The position numbers and the translations under genes were made by a program. Below are positions 22,080-31,210 of a DNA stretch of 32,000 nucleotides, in pieces (the first letter of the stretch is position 1; every line of letters starts with the position of its first letter). The notes beneath the pieces were generated by a model that worked only from the letters and a program-made list of their open reading frames with translations, made no database searches and was not told where the DNA came from. Origin of the DNA: Marinobacterium iners (GTDB lineage: Bacteria > Pseudomonadota > Gammaproteobacteria > Pseudomonadales > Balneatricaceae); contig NZ_CP022297.1 of the NCBI RefSeq assembly GCF_017310015.1, forward strand, positions 806,774 through 838,773, in the 5' to 3' direction.

Positions 22080-23798
22080 ATGGACTACCAGTTATCCCAG
22101 AGCGGGCAAACAGCTCATGTTGAAGTCACGCGGCTTCCAACAGGTGATCCTCTCCCCGCACTGATTGAATTAGAGAAAGAGCTGGCAGATCAAAATCTGA
22201 GACGGATTGAGCTGTTTTTCAGTGAAGGAGCATCCCCTCCGGTAGATCGCCTGACTCATGCCGGCTATCAGGAATCTGGCTCAGAACGCTTCTTCAAGTC
22301 GGTACACTATCAACCTTCTGTTCGTTTCTCGATCACTGAAAAGTGCAATTACGCATGCTTCTTCTGCCATGAAGAAGGCATGGAGATGGGCAAAGCACGT
22401 GCTGCTGCCCAACAGGAACAGCTATTTGACGTTCTGCGGCAATTCCATGAGTTGAATTATCAGGATTTTACCTTTACCGGCGGAGAGCCTTTGCTCAACC
22501 CGAATAAGATTGTTGCCTGTCTCGATTACATGGAATCAATAGGCTACCTGCCTGACATCACGTTTGTTTCCAATGGGCTGGCTCTGACCGAAAAACTTTT
22601 GGCCCGCCTGCAAGCCTATCCTGGCAAAATGCGCTTTAACATTTCGATGCATAGCCTTGAAGAGCATGCCTACAACCAGATTGTGCAGGATATACAAAAG
22701 CCGAACGCGCCACTTCGTCACAACGAGCACCGCCGCGTAAAAGAAAATTTGCTGAAGCTGCAAGCGGCAGGTATCCCTTTCAAGCTTAACTTTGTTCTAT
22801 TAAAAGGTCTCAATACGTCAGATGAAGCCATCCAGGCTGTGTTGGATTACGCGTTACAGCTTGGCGCAACGCGGATCAAGTTTCTGGAGCTGCTGTTAAC
22901 TAAAGAGCTGAATCATCTGTATGGATACTTCTACCGGCTGGATGCACTGCGCGAGCGTCTAAGTGACCAGCTGACTCTTACAGAGCGGAGTTTCAGGCGT
23001 GATGTGTATCGCTATGCAGACACACAGTTGGAGCTTGAATTCCAGCATTGTACCTGTGCCAGAGGCTGCAACACCTGCACCGTAAATCGTGACGCTAACT
23101 TTACTGCAGAGCTGAAATACTTTCCCTGTTTCCTGCATTCGGATGAAGACTTTGATTTGAAAACTGTGGCGCTTGAAGAGGCGATCACGCAAGGCGATCA
23201 AAAAATTCAACGCATGGCACAGTACTATGGTGATGACAGTCCCATCATTGTTCGTAATCACTATCTGACTCAAGAAGAGCAGTTTTATTACTATCTGGCC
23301 TCATCCAGCGCTATAGAGCAGCTCAAAAGAAAGCTTTCACTGGAGGAAAGGCTGGAGCGCAGACGGGACTTCAACGAGATCTACCTGACGTTGGTGGGTC
23401 AGGCAGGCGACGATTTTTCCACTGTGTACAAGCTAAGCCGCAATAGTTACGACCAGCACGCACTGGAAATCGAGCAGGCTTACAGTTTTGATCCGCTCAA
23501 GCCAGGATTGGTCACGACGCATTTTTCTGGCGAAAGCCAGAAGGTCATTGACCCGGACTTGTACCTGAAACAGCTGGCAGAGCAGGGGTATGAGCAGCGT
23601 TTAAACTTGAACTGGTCCATCTTTTTTTACCGTTTGCGGCGGTCCAGTTTTGTGCGGCAATCAGAGTTATCCATCAGCCATAACCTTGAGAGTGGGCTGT
23701 TCTTTGTAAGATCTGATACTCCCTTGGATGATGAGCAATTGAAGCCAATGACAGAACCCCTAGCTTCGTATATAAGCACCAGAATGCGGCTGGCATGA
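22080..23798 (+). CDS. MoaA-like radical SAM enzyme with an N-terminal ~75-aa leader domain and a ~175-aa C-terminal extension (possibly CYTH-like), first large gene of the type III-B operon
   Basis: - Size: 572 aa.
- Radical SAM cluster: CX3CX2C motif CNYACFFC (C89-C96, nt 22344-22367).
- Collinearity with MoaA by eye: FSITEKCNYACFFC, FTFTGGEPLL, ITFVSNG, RFNISMHSLE, FKLNFVLLKGLN and IKFLELL.
- Second Cys cluster: CNTCTVNRDANFTAELKYFPC, at the position of the MoaA auxiliary cluster. Confidence 0.85.
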   Translation: MDYQLSQSGQTAHVEVTRLPTGDPLPALIELEKELADQNLRRIELFFSEGASPPVDRLTHAGYQESGSERFFKSVHYQPSVRFSITEKCNYACFFCHEEGMEMGKARAAAQQEQLFDVLRQFHELNYQDFTFTGGEPLLNPNKIVACLDYMESIGYLPDITFVSNGLALTEKLLARLQAYPGKMRFNISMHSLEEHAYNQIVQDIQKPNAPLRHNEHRRVKENLLKLQAAGIPFKLNFVLLKGLNTSDEAIQAVLDYALQLGATRIKFLELLLTKELNHLYGYFYRLDALRERLSDQLTLTERSFRRDVYRYADTQLELEFQHCTCARGCNTCTVNRDANFTAELKYFPCFLHSDEDFDLKTVALEEAITQGDQKIQRMAQYYGDDSPIIVRNHYLTQEEQFYYYLASSSAIEQLKRKLSLEERLERRRDFNEIYLTLVGQAGDDFSTVYKLSRNSYDQHALEIEQAYSFDPLKPGLVTTHFSGESQKVIDPDLYLKQLAEQGYEQRLNLNWSIFFYRLRRSSFVRQSELSISHNLESGLFFVRSDTPLDDEQLKPMTEPLASYISTRMRLA

Positions 23799-23868
23799 AT
23801 ACCAACAAATTTGTTTGCAACACAATGATACCCGGGTCTGTTCATAATACGGAGCTGATGGTAACGAG

Positions 23869-25191
23869 ATGAAGGGGCAGGTTATGCCAACGACAATGAA
23901 CGTCGCTAATTCAAATGGACCGGTCGAAAGTGACCATTGGCTGATCTGTGTCGCGGGATCATCTCCGGCCGTTGTGACCGAAACACTCTATTGCTTGAAA
24001 GACCGTGAAAATTTCCCGAATAAGGTCGTGATATTCACAACCCTACATGGTAAGGGCCAGATCGAAAAACAAGGCTTGAAACAGCAAGTTTCGAATCTGT
24101 GTCGGGACTATAACCTGCCGGTTATCAGTGGCGCTAAGATTGAGGTGCGTATTGTAACGAATTCAGCGGGCGTTGAGCTCGAGGATATACGGACTTCTGA
24201 GCATCAAGAAGCAATGGCTGATTTTTTGACACGACAGATTCGTGAAATAACCCACCCACGAGGCAAAGGCAAAAAGCGCCCTGATTCAATACATGCATCC
24301 TTAGCCGGTGGGCGAAAGAGTATGTCGTTTTATATGGGCAATATCTTCTCATTCTTCGCGAGTGCGAATGATGAGCTCAGTCATGTTCTGGTGGAACCGG
24401 GCTATGAGGTCCCAGGTTTTTGGTATCCGAAACCAGAGCCTTTTAATATCACAGTAAAAAGCTATGCAACCGGAGATGTCACCGGTGTGCTGGATGCGAG
24501 CAAAGCAGAAATTGAGTTGTCCACAATTCCGTTTGTGCAGCTCAGCAATGCATTAGTGAGTACAGATTCGGATGCTTTTCATAATCTGAGCTATCAACAG
24601 TTGGTGGATATTTATCAGGTTACCCTAGATCCAAGTCGGATCAAACTGACATTTAATATTAAAAATCTATCCGTTGACCTCAATGGCCGTGTATTGCCAA
24701 TCCGGAATTTTGATAGTTATCTGTTGTATTACCTAGTCGCACGAGATAGCCATGAAAACTCATTCTCATATCAAAAAGAAGTTTTTGGTAATAAAGAGCA
24801 TGCCTTGACGCAGGCACTATGGCAGCTAATGGGTGAAGTTACGGGTATAAGGGATTTCGAAAGCCTGATAGGTAACAGCTGGGAGGCGCCTGCAGAGTAT
24901 GTCGAAAAGTATATTGCTAGGCTAAAACAAGAAAATCCAGACCTTATTCCTCTTCATCAGAGCCCCAAGCTCTTTAGTTCCCTCTCCAAAGACGGAGTCA
25001 TCAGCGAGAAATCGATTGAGCGGATGATGACCGATATCCGCAAGGCATTAGAGCAGACTGAGGGCCGTCCAACCGTGAATGTATGTAAAGTGGCCACATT
25101 GAAAGAGGATGGCGAGGAACGCAAAGCAGCCAAGGGAGTAGATGCGTACTTGGGGCTTTTATTGCCTGCCCATCAAATTCAACTTATTTAG
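23869..25191 (+). CDS. CARF-domain protein of the Cas_NE0113 type (TIGR02584/PF09623-like from memory) with an uncharacterised ~230-aa C-terminal region
   Basis: 440 aa. The family signature is present: WLICVAGSSPAVVTETLYCL and HASLAGGRKSMSFYMG. An alternative start is the Met at 23884, which has a better RBS (AAGGGG). Confidence 0.8.
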   Translation: MKGQVMPTTMNVANSNGPVESDHWLICVAGSSPAVVTETLYCLKDRENFPNKVVIFTTLHGKGQIEKQGLKQQVSNLCRDYNLPVISGAKIEVRIVTNSAGVELEDIRTSEHQEAMADFLTRQIREITHPRGKGKKRPDSIHASLAGGRKSMSFYMGNIFSFFASANDELSHVLVEPGYEVPGFWYPKPEPFNITVKSYATGDVTGVLDASKAEIELSTIPFVQLSNALVSTDSDAFHNLSYQQLVDIYQVTLDPSRIKLTFNIKNLSVDLNGRVLPIRNFDSYLLYYLVARDSHENSFSYQKEVFGNKEHALTQALWQLMGEVTGIRDFESLIGNSWEAPAEYVEKYIARLKQENPDLIPLHQSPKLFSSLSKDGVISEKSIERMMTDIRKALEQTEGRPTVNVCKVATLKEDGEERKAAKGVDAYLGLLLPAHQIQLI

Positions 25192-25291
25192 TCATTAACG
25201 CTATCGAGTTGGTTTAATGAGCTGATTTGATGATTAGGATAAAGACTTTAAAAGCGGTAAAAGCCGCAGCAATATTACAGGGAGCAATGGC

Positions 25292-26560
25292 ATGACGCAG
25301 TTGCAAACATGGATTGACCTGCTGGATCAAACCAATGAAGAACCCAACCTGAAAGCCGAGTTTCAGGTTGTAACGCCGATGTTTATCGGTGACGGTGAAC
25401 AGAAGGCCGACAGTATACGGCCTCCAGCGATCAAGGGCGCGCTCCGCTTCTGGTGGCGGGCGCTGAATTGGAGCCGTTGTCTGCAGCAGGCAGGCAATGA
25501 AGCCAGTGCGCTTAAACAGTTGCATGATGAAGAGGCAGTACTCTTCGGGCTTGCAGCAAAACAGGATGCGCAGGGTAACCAGACTGGAGGACAAGGGGTT
25601 TTCAGCTTGAAGCTAACCCAGAAGTTGGAGCTTTTAAAAGACTGGTCCCCGGGGGCAGGGATCCAGTACCTGCTTGGCCAAGGATTGTGGAATTACAAAG
25701 AGAAGCTGTTGAGAAATGCCATCGCTGATGGTAGCTGCTTTACGATTGAATTGCGTTGGCATCCCAATCGTCTTGATATTGCCGCTTCGAAACTTGTTCT
25801 GAATGTTTCATCGATAAAAGAAACAATAGACGATGCACTGATGGCCTTTGGTCTGCTGAGTGGACTGGGCAGTCGGGCTCGAAAAGGGCTGGGAGCAGTT
25901 TCGATAACAGCGTTATCTGGCAGTCGCTGGTCTGTCCCGACGTCAATGAAATCTTACAAGGAAACCTTGCAAAAGCTTTTGCAACCCAGGTTATCCACCC
26001 GAGTACTCCCTCCATTCACTGCTGTGAGTGCCAACACCCGACTAGACTTCTCCTCTACCGGCAAGGCTGCGAATGCCCTGTTGGAAGAGATGGGCGGGCA
26101 GATGCAGATGTACCGTAGCTGGGGTCGAGAGGGAAAAGTAAACGGTAAATCTGCTGAACAAAATTTCAGAGGAGATCACGATGAAGCTTTGTTCGCGACT
26201 CAAGGCGAGCAACCAAGGAAGCAACCTGAGCGCGCGGTGTTCGGTTTGCCGCATAATTATTTTTTCAGCAGTACAAAGGGTAAAGTTGATATACATGTGA
26301 AAAAGGATGCAGCCGGTGAGCGTCGAGCCAGCCCTCTTTTTCTCCATACCCACTTATTGCCTGATGGTAGTTTTGTAGCCGTACAGCTGCTAATGCCAGC
26401 AGTCTTTTTGCCCGGCAATAATCCCATGCTTGAGTATAAGAGCAAACGTAGTTTTACACTGCCGGCTTCTGATGCTGATTGGAGTGTTATTACCCGATAT
26501 ATGGATCGCTTTAAAAACAAAGAGACTGTAATAACGACTGATCTGCAGGGAGCACAATAA
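25292..26560 (+). CDS. cmr1: Type III-B RAMP protein Cmr1
   Basis: 422 aa. FQVVTPMFIGDGEQKADSIRPPAIKGALRFWWRAL is the Cmr1 N-terminal signature. A G-rich loop GLGSRARKGLGAVSI is present, and a second RAMP-like half contains VFGLPHNY. Confidence 0.85.
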   Translation: MTQLQTWIDLLDQTNEEPNLKAEFQVVTPMFIGDGEQKADSIRPPAIKGALRFWWRALNWSRCLQQAGNEASALKQLHDEEAVLFGLAAKQDAQGNQTGGQGVFSLKLTQKLELLKDWSPGAGIQYLLGQGLWNYKEKLLRNAIADGSCFTIELRWHPNRLDIAASKLVLNVSSIKETIDDALMAFGLLSGLGSRARKGLGAVSITALSGSRWSVPTSMKSYKETLQKLLQPRLSTRVLPPFTAVSANTRLDFSSTGKAANALLEEMGGQMQMYRSWGREGKVNGKSAEQNFRGDHDEALFATQGEQPRKQPERAVFGLPHNYFFSSTKGKVDIHVKKDAAGERRASPLFLHTHLLPDGSFVAVQLLMPAVFLPGNNPMLEYKSKRSFTLPASDADWSVITRYMDRFKNKETVITTDLQGAQ

Positions 26561-26562
26561 CC

Positions 26563-28584
26563 GTGAATGAACTGAAAGCCTATTTCCACCTTACCCTGGG
26601 CCCGGTTCAGGGTTTTGTTGCACAGGCACGTCGTACGCGGGACTTCTGGGCGGGGTCTTTCCTGCTGTCCTGGCTCTCCAGCGTGGCGATGGCATCGGCT
26701 CAAAAGCAGGGTGGTGTGATCAATTTTCCGATTCCTGATGACCACTTCATGGCTGCGTTGAAAGGTGAAGCTAAAAACAATCCGCCCCAGCAGGGCAGCG
26801 TGCCCAACCGGTTTAAAACCCTTGAGGTCCAAGTCGATCAGCACTTTGACCCTCAACGGGTTGTCACTGATATGCAAGCGGCTTGGAGGGCACTTTGTGA
26901 GCACATCTGGCAGCGTGATATGGTGCCGACGCTTGGCAGCGATTCAAAGCAGGAGCAGATAACCAAACAGATCTGGCATCGTCAGTTGCACCACTACTGG
27001 GAGATCAACTGGTGTCTGGCTGATGAGGCTCATGTTAGCAATATGTTGGATCGCAGAAAAAACTGGCGCTCACATACATTACCGCCTGAGCCTGGGGTTA
27101 AGTGTATGATGATGGAAGGGTTTCAGGAGCTTTCCGGGCTTGAATACCCGGATCAGAAAAAGCTCGACAATTTCTGGCAGCGGATACGTCGTTCAGTTAA
27201 GTCTGGAACGAGCGACCTGCGCCCGGGTGAGTGTCTGAGTGCCCTTGGTTTTGTGAAACGCCGATTTGTGCGCCACTTTAAGGACTTTCAGGGTACCTTG
27301 CCATCCGGCCAAGCCATTTCGGGCTGGCCGCTGCCAGCTCAGGTGCCATCGGTGGCGCATATTGCCGCCGCTCCCTGGTATGCAGCGGTGCTTGAAAACG
27401 CTCAGTTAGACAAAGATGTCGATCAAGCACTGAACCGTTTTTATGATGTGGCCGAGCAGTTGGTCGATTTCAGTGAAACCGCCAACCCCATTCAGCGTGT
27501 GGACTCAGCCATAAAGAGGACGGGCTATCACAAGGAGTGGGCAGGTCTTGATGGCAATGTATTTCACGTCAGTCAATTAGAGAACAGCAAACTTTTTGAT
27601 GACGATCCTGGCACTCAACGTAAGGCAAAGTCGATGCTGAGCGCGCTGAATGAGCTGCGCCAGAGCACAGGTCTGCCAGAGGCAAGTAGCTTCTATGCAG
27701 TGCTCATTATGGATGGCGACAGTCTGGGCAGTCAGATGAGTGACCCTGACAAGCAGGAGGCTATCTCCAAGGGGCTTAACAACTTCACGACCGGTGTACC
27801 ATCCATTGTGCAGGATCAGGATGGCTTTCTGGTCTATGCCGGTGGTGATGATGTGTTGGCGCTGGTGTGCCTCGATAAAGCAGTAGAGCTGGCCTTGCAG
27901 TTGCGTAATTTCTACGCAGAGTGTTTTGCACAACAGAACAAGAATCTGAGCACTGACAAGCAGATCACTACCAGCCTGTCGGGGGCGATTGAGTTCTGCC
28001 ATATGAAGACGCCGCTGACTTTTGTACTCGGTGACTCTCATAGCTTGCTGGATGATATCGCCAAGGATAGAACCGGACGTGATGCGCTGGCGGTTCGCGT
28101 CTGGAAACCCGGGGGCCTCCACCTTGAATGGTCACAACCTTGGCAATATTTGATAGATCAGGCGCAGCAGACCGGTAATCTGCTGTCTGATGTAGTCAAA
28201 ATGTTTTCCGAGCGTGAGCAGAACAGCCCGTTCACCAATAAGTTCATTTTCAAGGCTGAGGAGATGTTGCAGCGTTTGCCGCAGCAGCTGTTGAAGGCAG
28301 AGCAGGATGAGGAGCTGCTGGCAAAAATGCTGCAGGCCGAACTGGTTCACTCAGGGCTTGATCTCAACCAGAATAGCCGTAATAAACAGCAGATTTTGGA
28401 TGAGCTGTTGCAGCCTCTGATCGCACTAGCTACCCCTCATGTGCGTAAAACGGATGATCAGGGGCGCTTTAAAGAGCTGAAACCACAACACCGTTTTGAC
28501 GCAGATGCACTCAAGCTGGTGCGTTTCTTGACCCAGGAGTCAATTTGTCAGCCTATGCAAGAAAACAAGGAGGTGCACGCATGA
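26563..28584 (+). CDS. cas10: Cas10/Cmr2, HD-less form with an intact GGDD cyclase motif
   Basis: 673 aa with a GTG start 3 bp after the cmr1 stop. The N-terminus LTLGPVQGFVAQARRTRDFWAGSFLLSWL corresponds to the post-HD region of Cmr2 proteins. The palm 1 metal site is IMDGDSLG (27709-27720). GGDD lies at residues 427-430 (27841-27852). Confidence 0.9.
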   Translation: MNELKAYFHLTLGPVQGFVAQARRTRDFWAGSFLLSWLSSVAMASAQKQGGVINFPIPDDHFMAALKGEAKNNPPQQGSVPNRFKTLEVQVDQHFDPQRVVTDMQAAWRALCEHIWQRDMVPTLGSDSKQEQITKQIWHRQLHHYWEINWCLADEAHVSNMLDRRKNWRSHTLPPEPGVKCMMMEGFQELSGLEYPDQKKLDNFWQRIRRSVKSGTSDLRPGECLSALGFVKRRFVRHFKDFQGTLPSGQAISGWPLPAQVPSVAHIAAAPWYAAVLENAQLDKDVDQALNRFYDVAEQLVDFSETANPIQRVDSAIKRTGYHKEWAGLDGNVFHVSQLENSKLFDDDPGTQRKAKSMLSALNELRQSTGLPEASSFYAVLIMDGDSLGSQMSDPDKQEAISKGLNNFTTGVPSIVQDQDGFLVYAGGDDVLALVCLDKAVELALQLRNFYAECFAQQNKNLSTDKQITTSLSGAIEFCHMKTPLTFVLGDSHSLLDDIAKDRTGRDALAVRVWKPGGLHLEWSQPWQYLIDQAQQTGNLLSDVVKMFSEREQNSPFTNKFIFKAEEMLQRLPQQLLKAEQDEELLAKMLQAELVHSGLDLNQNSRNKQQILDELLQPLIALATPHVRKTDDQGRFKELKPQHRFDADALKLVRFLTQESICQPMQENKEVHA

Positions 28585-29759
28585 CACTGCGTTGGTCATT
28601 GCAACCTGTTGATAGCTGGTTCTTCCGTGAGGCCCGCTCCCATGATGCGGTTGGTGTAGGGCAGTTGAATTCGATATTTCCGCCCCCTGCCACCACCCTT
28701 GCCGGTGCTATTCGCACCTCTATGGGCGATCATCTTGGCGTTGATTGGCATGAGTTTAATATCAACAATGGCAAACACCATGAGCTTTTGGGGGAAGGCA
28801 ACAACCTGGGCTTACTGAATATTGCAGCGATACAGGTCGTTGTTGATGGGGAGCCTGTCTATCCGGCCCCTCAGGATCTTCTCAAAGGCGCAGATCAAAA
28901 TGATCCGCTGTACCGACTTAAAATTGGTGCTCCGGTGCGCTGTGACCTCGGTTATGTCGCCATGCCTGAGATGGATGCCCCAGCTGGCAGTAAACCACTC
29001 GAAAACCACTGGATTACGGCCAAGGGGTTGCAGCAGTGGCTGACGGGTGGACTGCCGGATAAATCTGAGCTAATCGCGCAAAGTGAGTTGATTACCAGTG
29101 AGGCGCGTCTCGGTATCGGCCGAATCAATAAACTAGGGGTTGTTGATAAAGACAATGGGCTGCTTTACCAGACCCGACATTTACGTCCGACCGGTGAAAA
29201 ACAGTTCAGCATTGATGTGTACCTGCAGGGGATCAGTGACGATCTGGCCCAGCAGTTACCAGAGTCAACCAGCCTGCGTTTGGGTGGGGAAGGGCGCGAA
29301 GCCGCTGTCGCCATTACAAGTGCCGATTTGCCTGCAGTCAAGCTGCCGGATATGCCAACCTGTAAAAAGGCCCGTGGAGTTGTGCTGTATCTGACAAGTC
29401 CCGCCAACCTCAATAGCGACGCGGCGAATGCTGCCTGGTGTCTGCCTGGTTTTACCCCGGTTAAAAATGAGCGCGGTGAGATAACACACTGGATCGGTGA
29501 ACTGGCCGGTGTTGCACTGAAACTGGTTAGCTGTGTGCTGCCAAGGCCGGAACGTTTGGGTGGCTGGGATCAAAAACTGCGTAAACCCAAACCCCTGATC
29601 TCGCTGGCTGCCGCTGGCAGTCTCTACTACTGCGAGTTGCAGCACCCTGACCTGCAGCCACTGACGCCCGAGTTGCTGCTAACGCTGCAGCAACAACCGA
29701 TCGGCACTGATACCAGTTTGGGCTATGGCCGTCTGTTGGCCGGCCTCTGGTTGAACTGA
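28581..29759 (+). CDS. cmr3: Type III-B Cmr3
   Basis: I prefer the ATG at 28581, which forms an ATGA overlap with the cas10 stop and has an AAGGAGG RBS at 28567-28573. MTLRWSLQPVDSWFFREARSHD...FPPPATTLAGAIRTSMG is the Cmr3 signature. Confidence 0.85.
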   Translation: MTLRWSLQPVDSWFFREARSHDAVGVGQLNSIFPPPATTLAGAIRTSMGDHLGVDWHEFNINNGKHHELLGEGNNLGLLNIAAIQVVVDGEPVYPAPQDLLKGADQNDPLYRLKIGAPVRCDLGYVAMPEMDAPAGSKPLENHWITAKGLQQWLTGGLPDKSELIAQSELITSEARLGIGRINKLGVVDKDNGLLYQTRHLRPTGEKQFSIDVYLQGISDDLAQQLPESTSLRLGGEGREAAVAITSADLPAVKLPDMPTCKKARGVVLYLTSPANLNSDAANAAWCLPGFTPVKNERGEITHWIGELAGVALKLVSCVLPRPERLGGWDQKLRKPKPLISLAAAGSLYYCELQHPDLQPLTPELLLTLQQQPIGTDTSLGYGRLLAGLWLN

Positions 29760-29804
29760 TCAACAGCTACCCAGTATTACACAGTCTTACATAAGGATAT
29801 AAAC

Positions 29805-30716
29805 ATGACCGCGATTGCCCATCAGATTGTTGGTTTGACCTGCGAAACCCCCATGCATGCCGGTGGCGGCAGCAAGGAAGAGGTGATCGACCTGCCGATT
29901 CAGAAAGAAGCACATACTAACTGGCCCTGCGTTTATGGCTCATCGATGAAGGGGGCGCTGCGTGCACGCGCAGAAACGCAGGTGAAGATGGATGCTTCAT
30001 TGATCGCACAAGCGTTCGGCCCTGATACCCTCAACGCCAGCGAACACGCCGGTGCATTGCTGGTCAGTGATGCCCGTTTGCTGTTGTTGCCAGTGCGTTC
30101 GTTGACCAGCCATTTCAAACTGGTGACGTGCCCGGCCTTACTGGCCCGCCTGCTGGCTGATCTGGCACGCACGGGCAACGCACAAATGTTTAAGGTACCT
30201 GCTGTGGCGGCCGATCGGGCGATCAGTCCTGATTGCCAGGGGAGAGATGAGATCTACCTGGAAGAATTTAGCTTCGCGCTATCTGACTGGGCTGATGCAG
30301 ATGGTTGGATTGAACTGTTGCTGAATCTGATTGCCGCCGTGCCAGGTGTGAGCCGTGGCGATCAGAAAGCCGAGTTACAAAAACAGCTGGTAGTGATCGA
30401 CAACGACAGCTTTCGACACCTAAGTCAGGCCGCCCTGCCGGTGCTGCCGCATATCGCCATCAATAGTGAGACCAAAACCGTGCGTAACGGCGCACTTTGG
30501 TATGAAGAAAATCTGCCGGCTGAAACCCTGCTGTACACGGTGCTTGGCTGCCAGCCTTCGCGCAAAAAAGGTGCTAACACCAGCGCCGCTGAGCTCTTGA
30601 AAGCGGTAACAGGACAGCTGTTCGGTCAGCCCTACATTCAGATTGGCGGTAACGAAACCACCGGCATGGGCTGGTGCCGTGTTGCACTGCCACAGCTGGC
30701 ACAAGGAGGTGAGTAA
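29805..30716 (+). CDS. cmr4: Type III-B Cmr4 (Cas7-like backbone, target-RNA cleaving subunit)
   Basis: 303 aa. LTCETPMHAGGGSKEEVIDLPIQKEAHTNWPCVYGSSMKGALRA is the Cmr4 signature. The conserved Asp (D29, nt 29889-29891) is present. Confidence 0.9.
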   Translation: MTAIAHQIVGLTCETPMHAGGGSKEEVIDLPIQKEAHTNWPCVYGSSMKGALRARAETQVKMDASLIAQAFGPDTLNASEHAGALLVSDARLLLLPVRSLTSHFKLVTCPALLARLLADLARTGNAQMFKVPAVAADRAISPDCQGRDEIYLEEFSFALSDWADADGWIELLLNLIAAVPGVSRGDQKAELQKQLVVIDNDSFRHLSQAALPVLPHIAINSETKTVRNGALWYEENLPAETLLYTVLGCQPSRKKGANTSAAELLKAVTGQLFGQPYIQIGGNETTGMGWCRVALPQLAQGGE

Positions 30717-31210
30717 TGGCCAAGTATAAGAAAAATATTAAACAGCCTGCACCTGTTGTTGTATCGACTGCGAGTATTTCATCGGATCAAAGGCCTTTAC
30801 CCCAACTGCTTGAGCAGCACCGAGCCGAATTTGCGCTCAAACAGATTCAGGCCGCTGTAAATCGTCCGGAAGAGGGCAAATACAAACACAGTCAGGTGAA
30901 AAGTTTTTGTCGTCGTTTTCCCGGTATGGTGCAGAGCAACGGCTTTGGACAGGCAGTCGCGTTTTTCTACTCAAAGCGTAATGACTACCCTGCGTATGGC
31001 GTGATCTATCAACTGGTTGAAGACTGGCTGTGCCAGGACAGCAAGGTTTACGCTGCCTTTGCTGAAGCCCAGGCACCACGGCTGTTGAAAGCGATTACCG
31101 AAAGCGACCAGCACGCCTATCGCTTGGCCACCGCTGAAACGCAGGCATTGATGATCTGGGTGAAGAAGTTTGCCGAGGGATTGATCCTGAAAGATGAGGA
31201 GGCCTACTGA
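30716..31210 (+). CDS. cmr5: Type III-B small subunit Cmr5 (Cas11)
   Basis: 164 aa. The start overlaps the cmr4 TAA by 1 nt and has an AAGGAGG RBS at 30703-30709. FCRRFPGMVQSNGFGQAVAFFYSK matches the Cmr5 helical-core pattern. Confidence 0.8.
   Translation: MAKYKKNIKQPAPVVVSTASISSDQRPLPQLLEQHRAEFALKQIQAAVNRPEEGKYKHSQVKSFCRRFPGMVQSNGFGQAVAFFYSKRNDYPAYGVIYQLVEDWLCQDSKVYAAFAEAQAPRLLKAITESDQHAYRLATAETQALMIWVKKFAEGLILKDEEAY

Noticed and set aside
26257-28122. Minus-strand ORFs of 215 aa (26257-26904) and 181 aa (27577-28122) opposite cmr1/cas10.
   Set aside because: They overlap strongly supported cas genes and carry no motifs, so they are treated as shadows.
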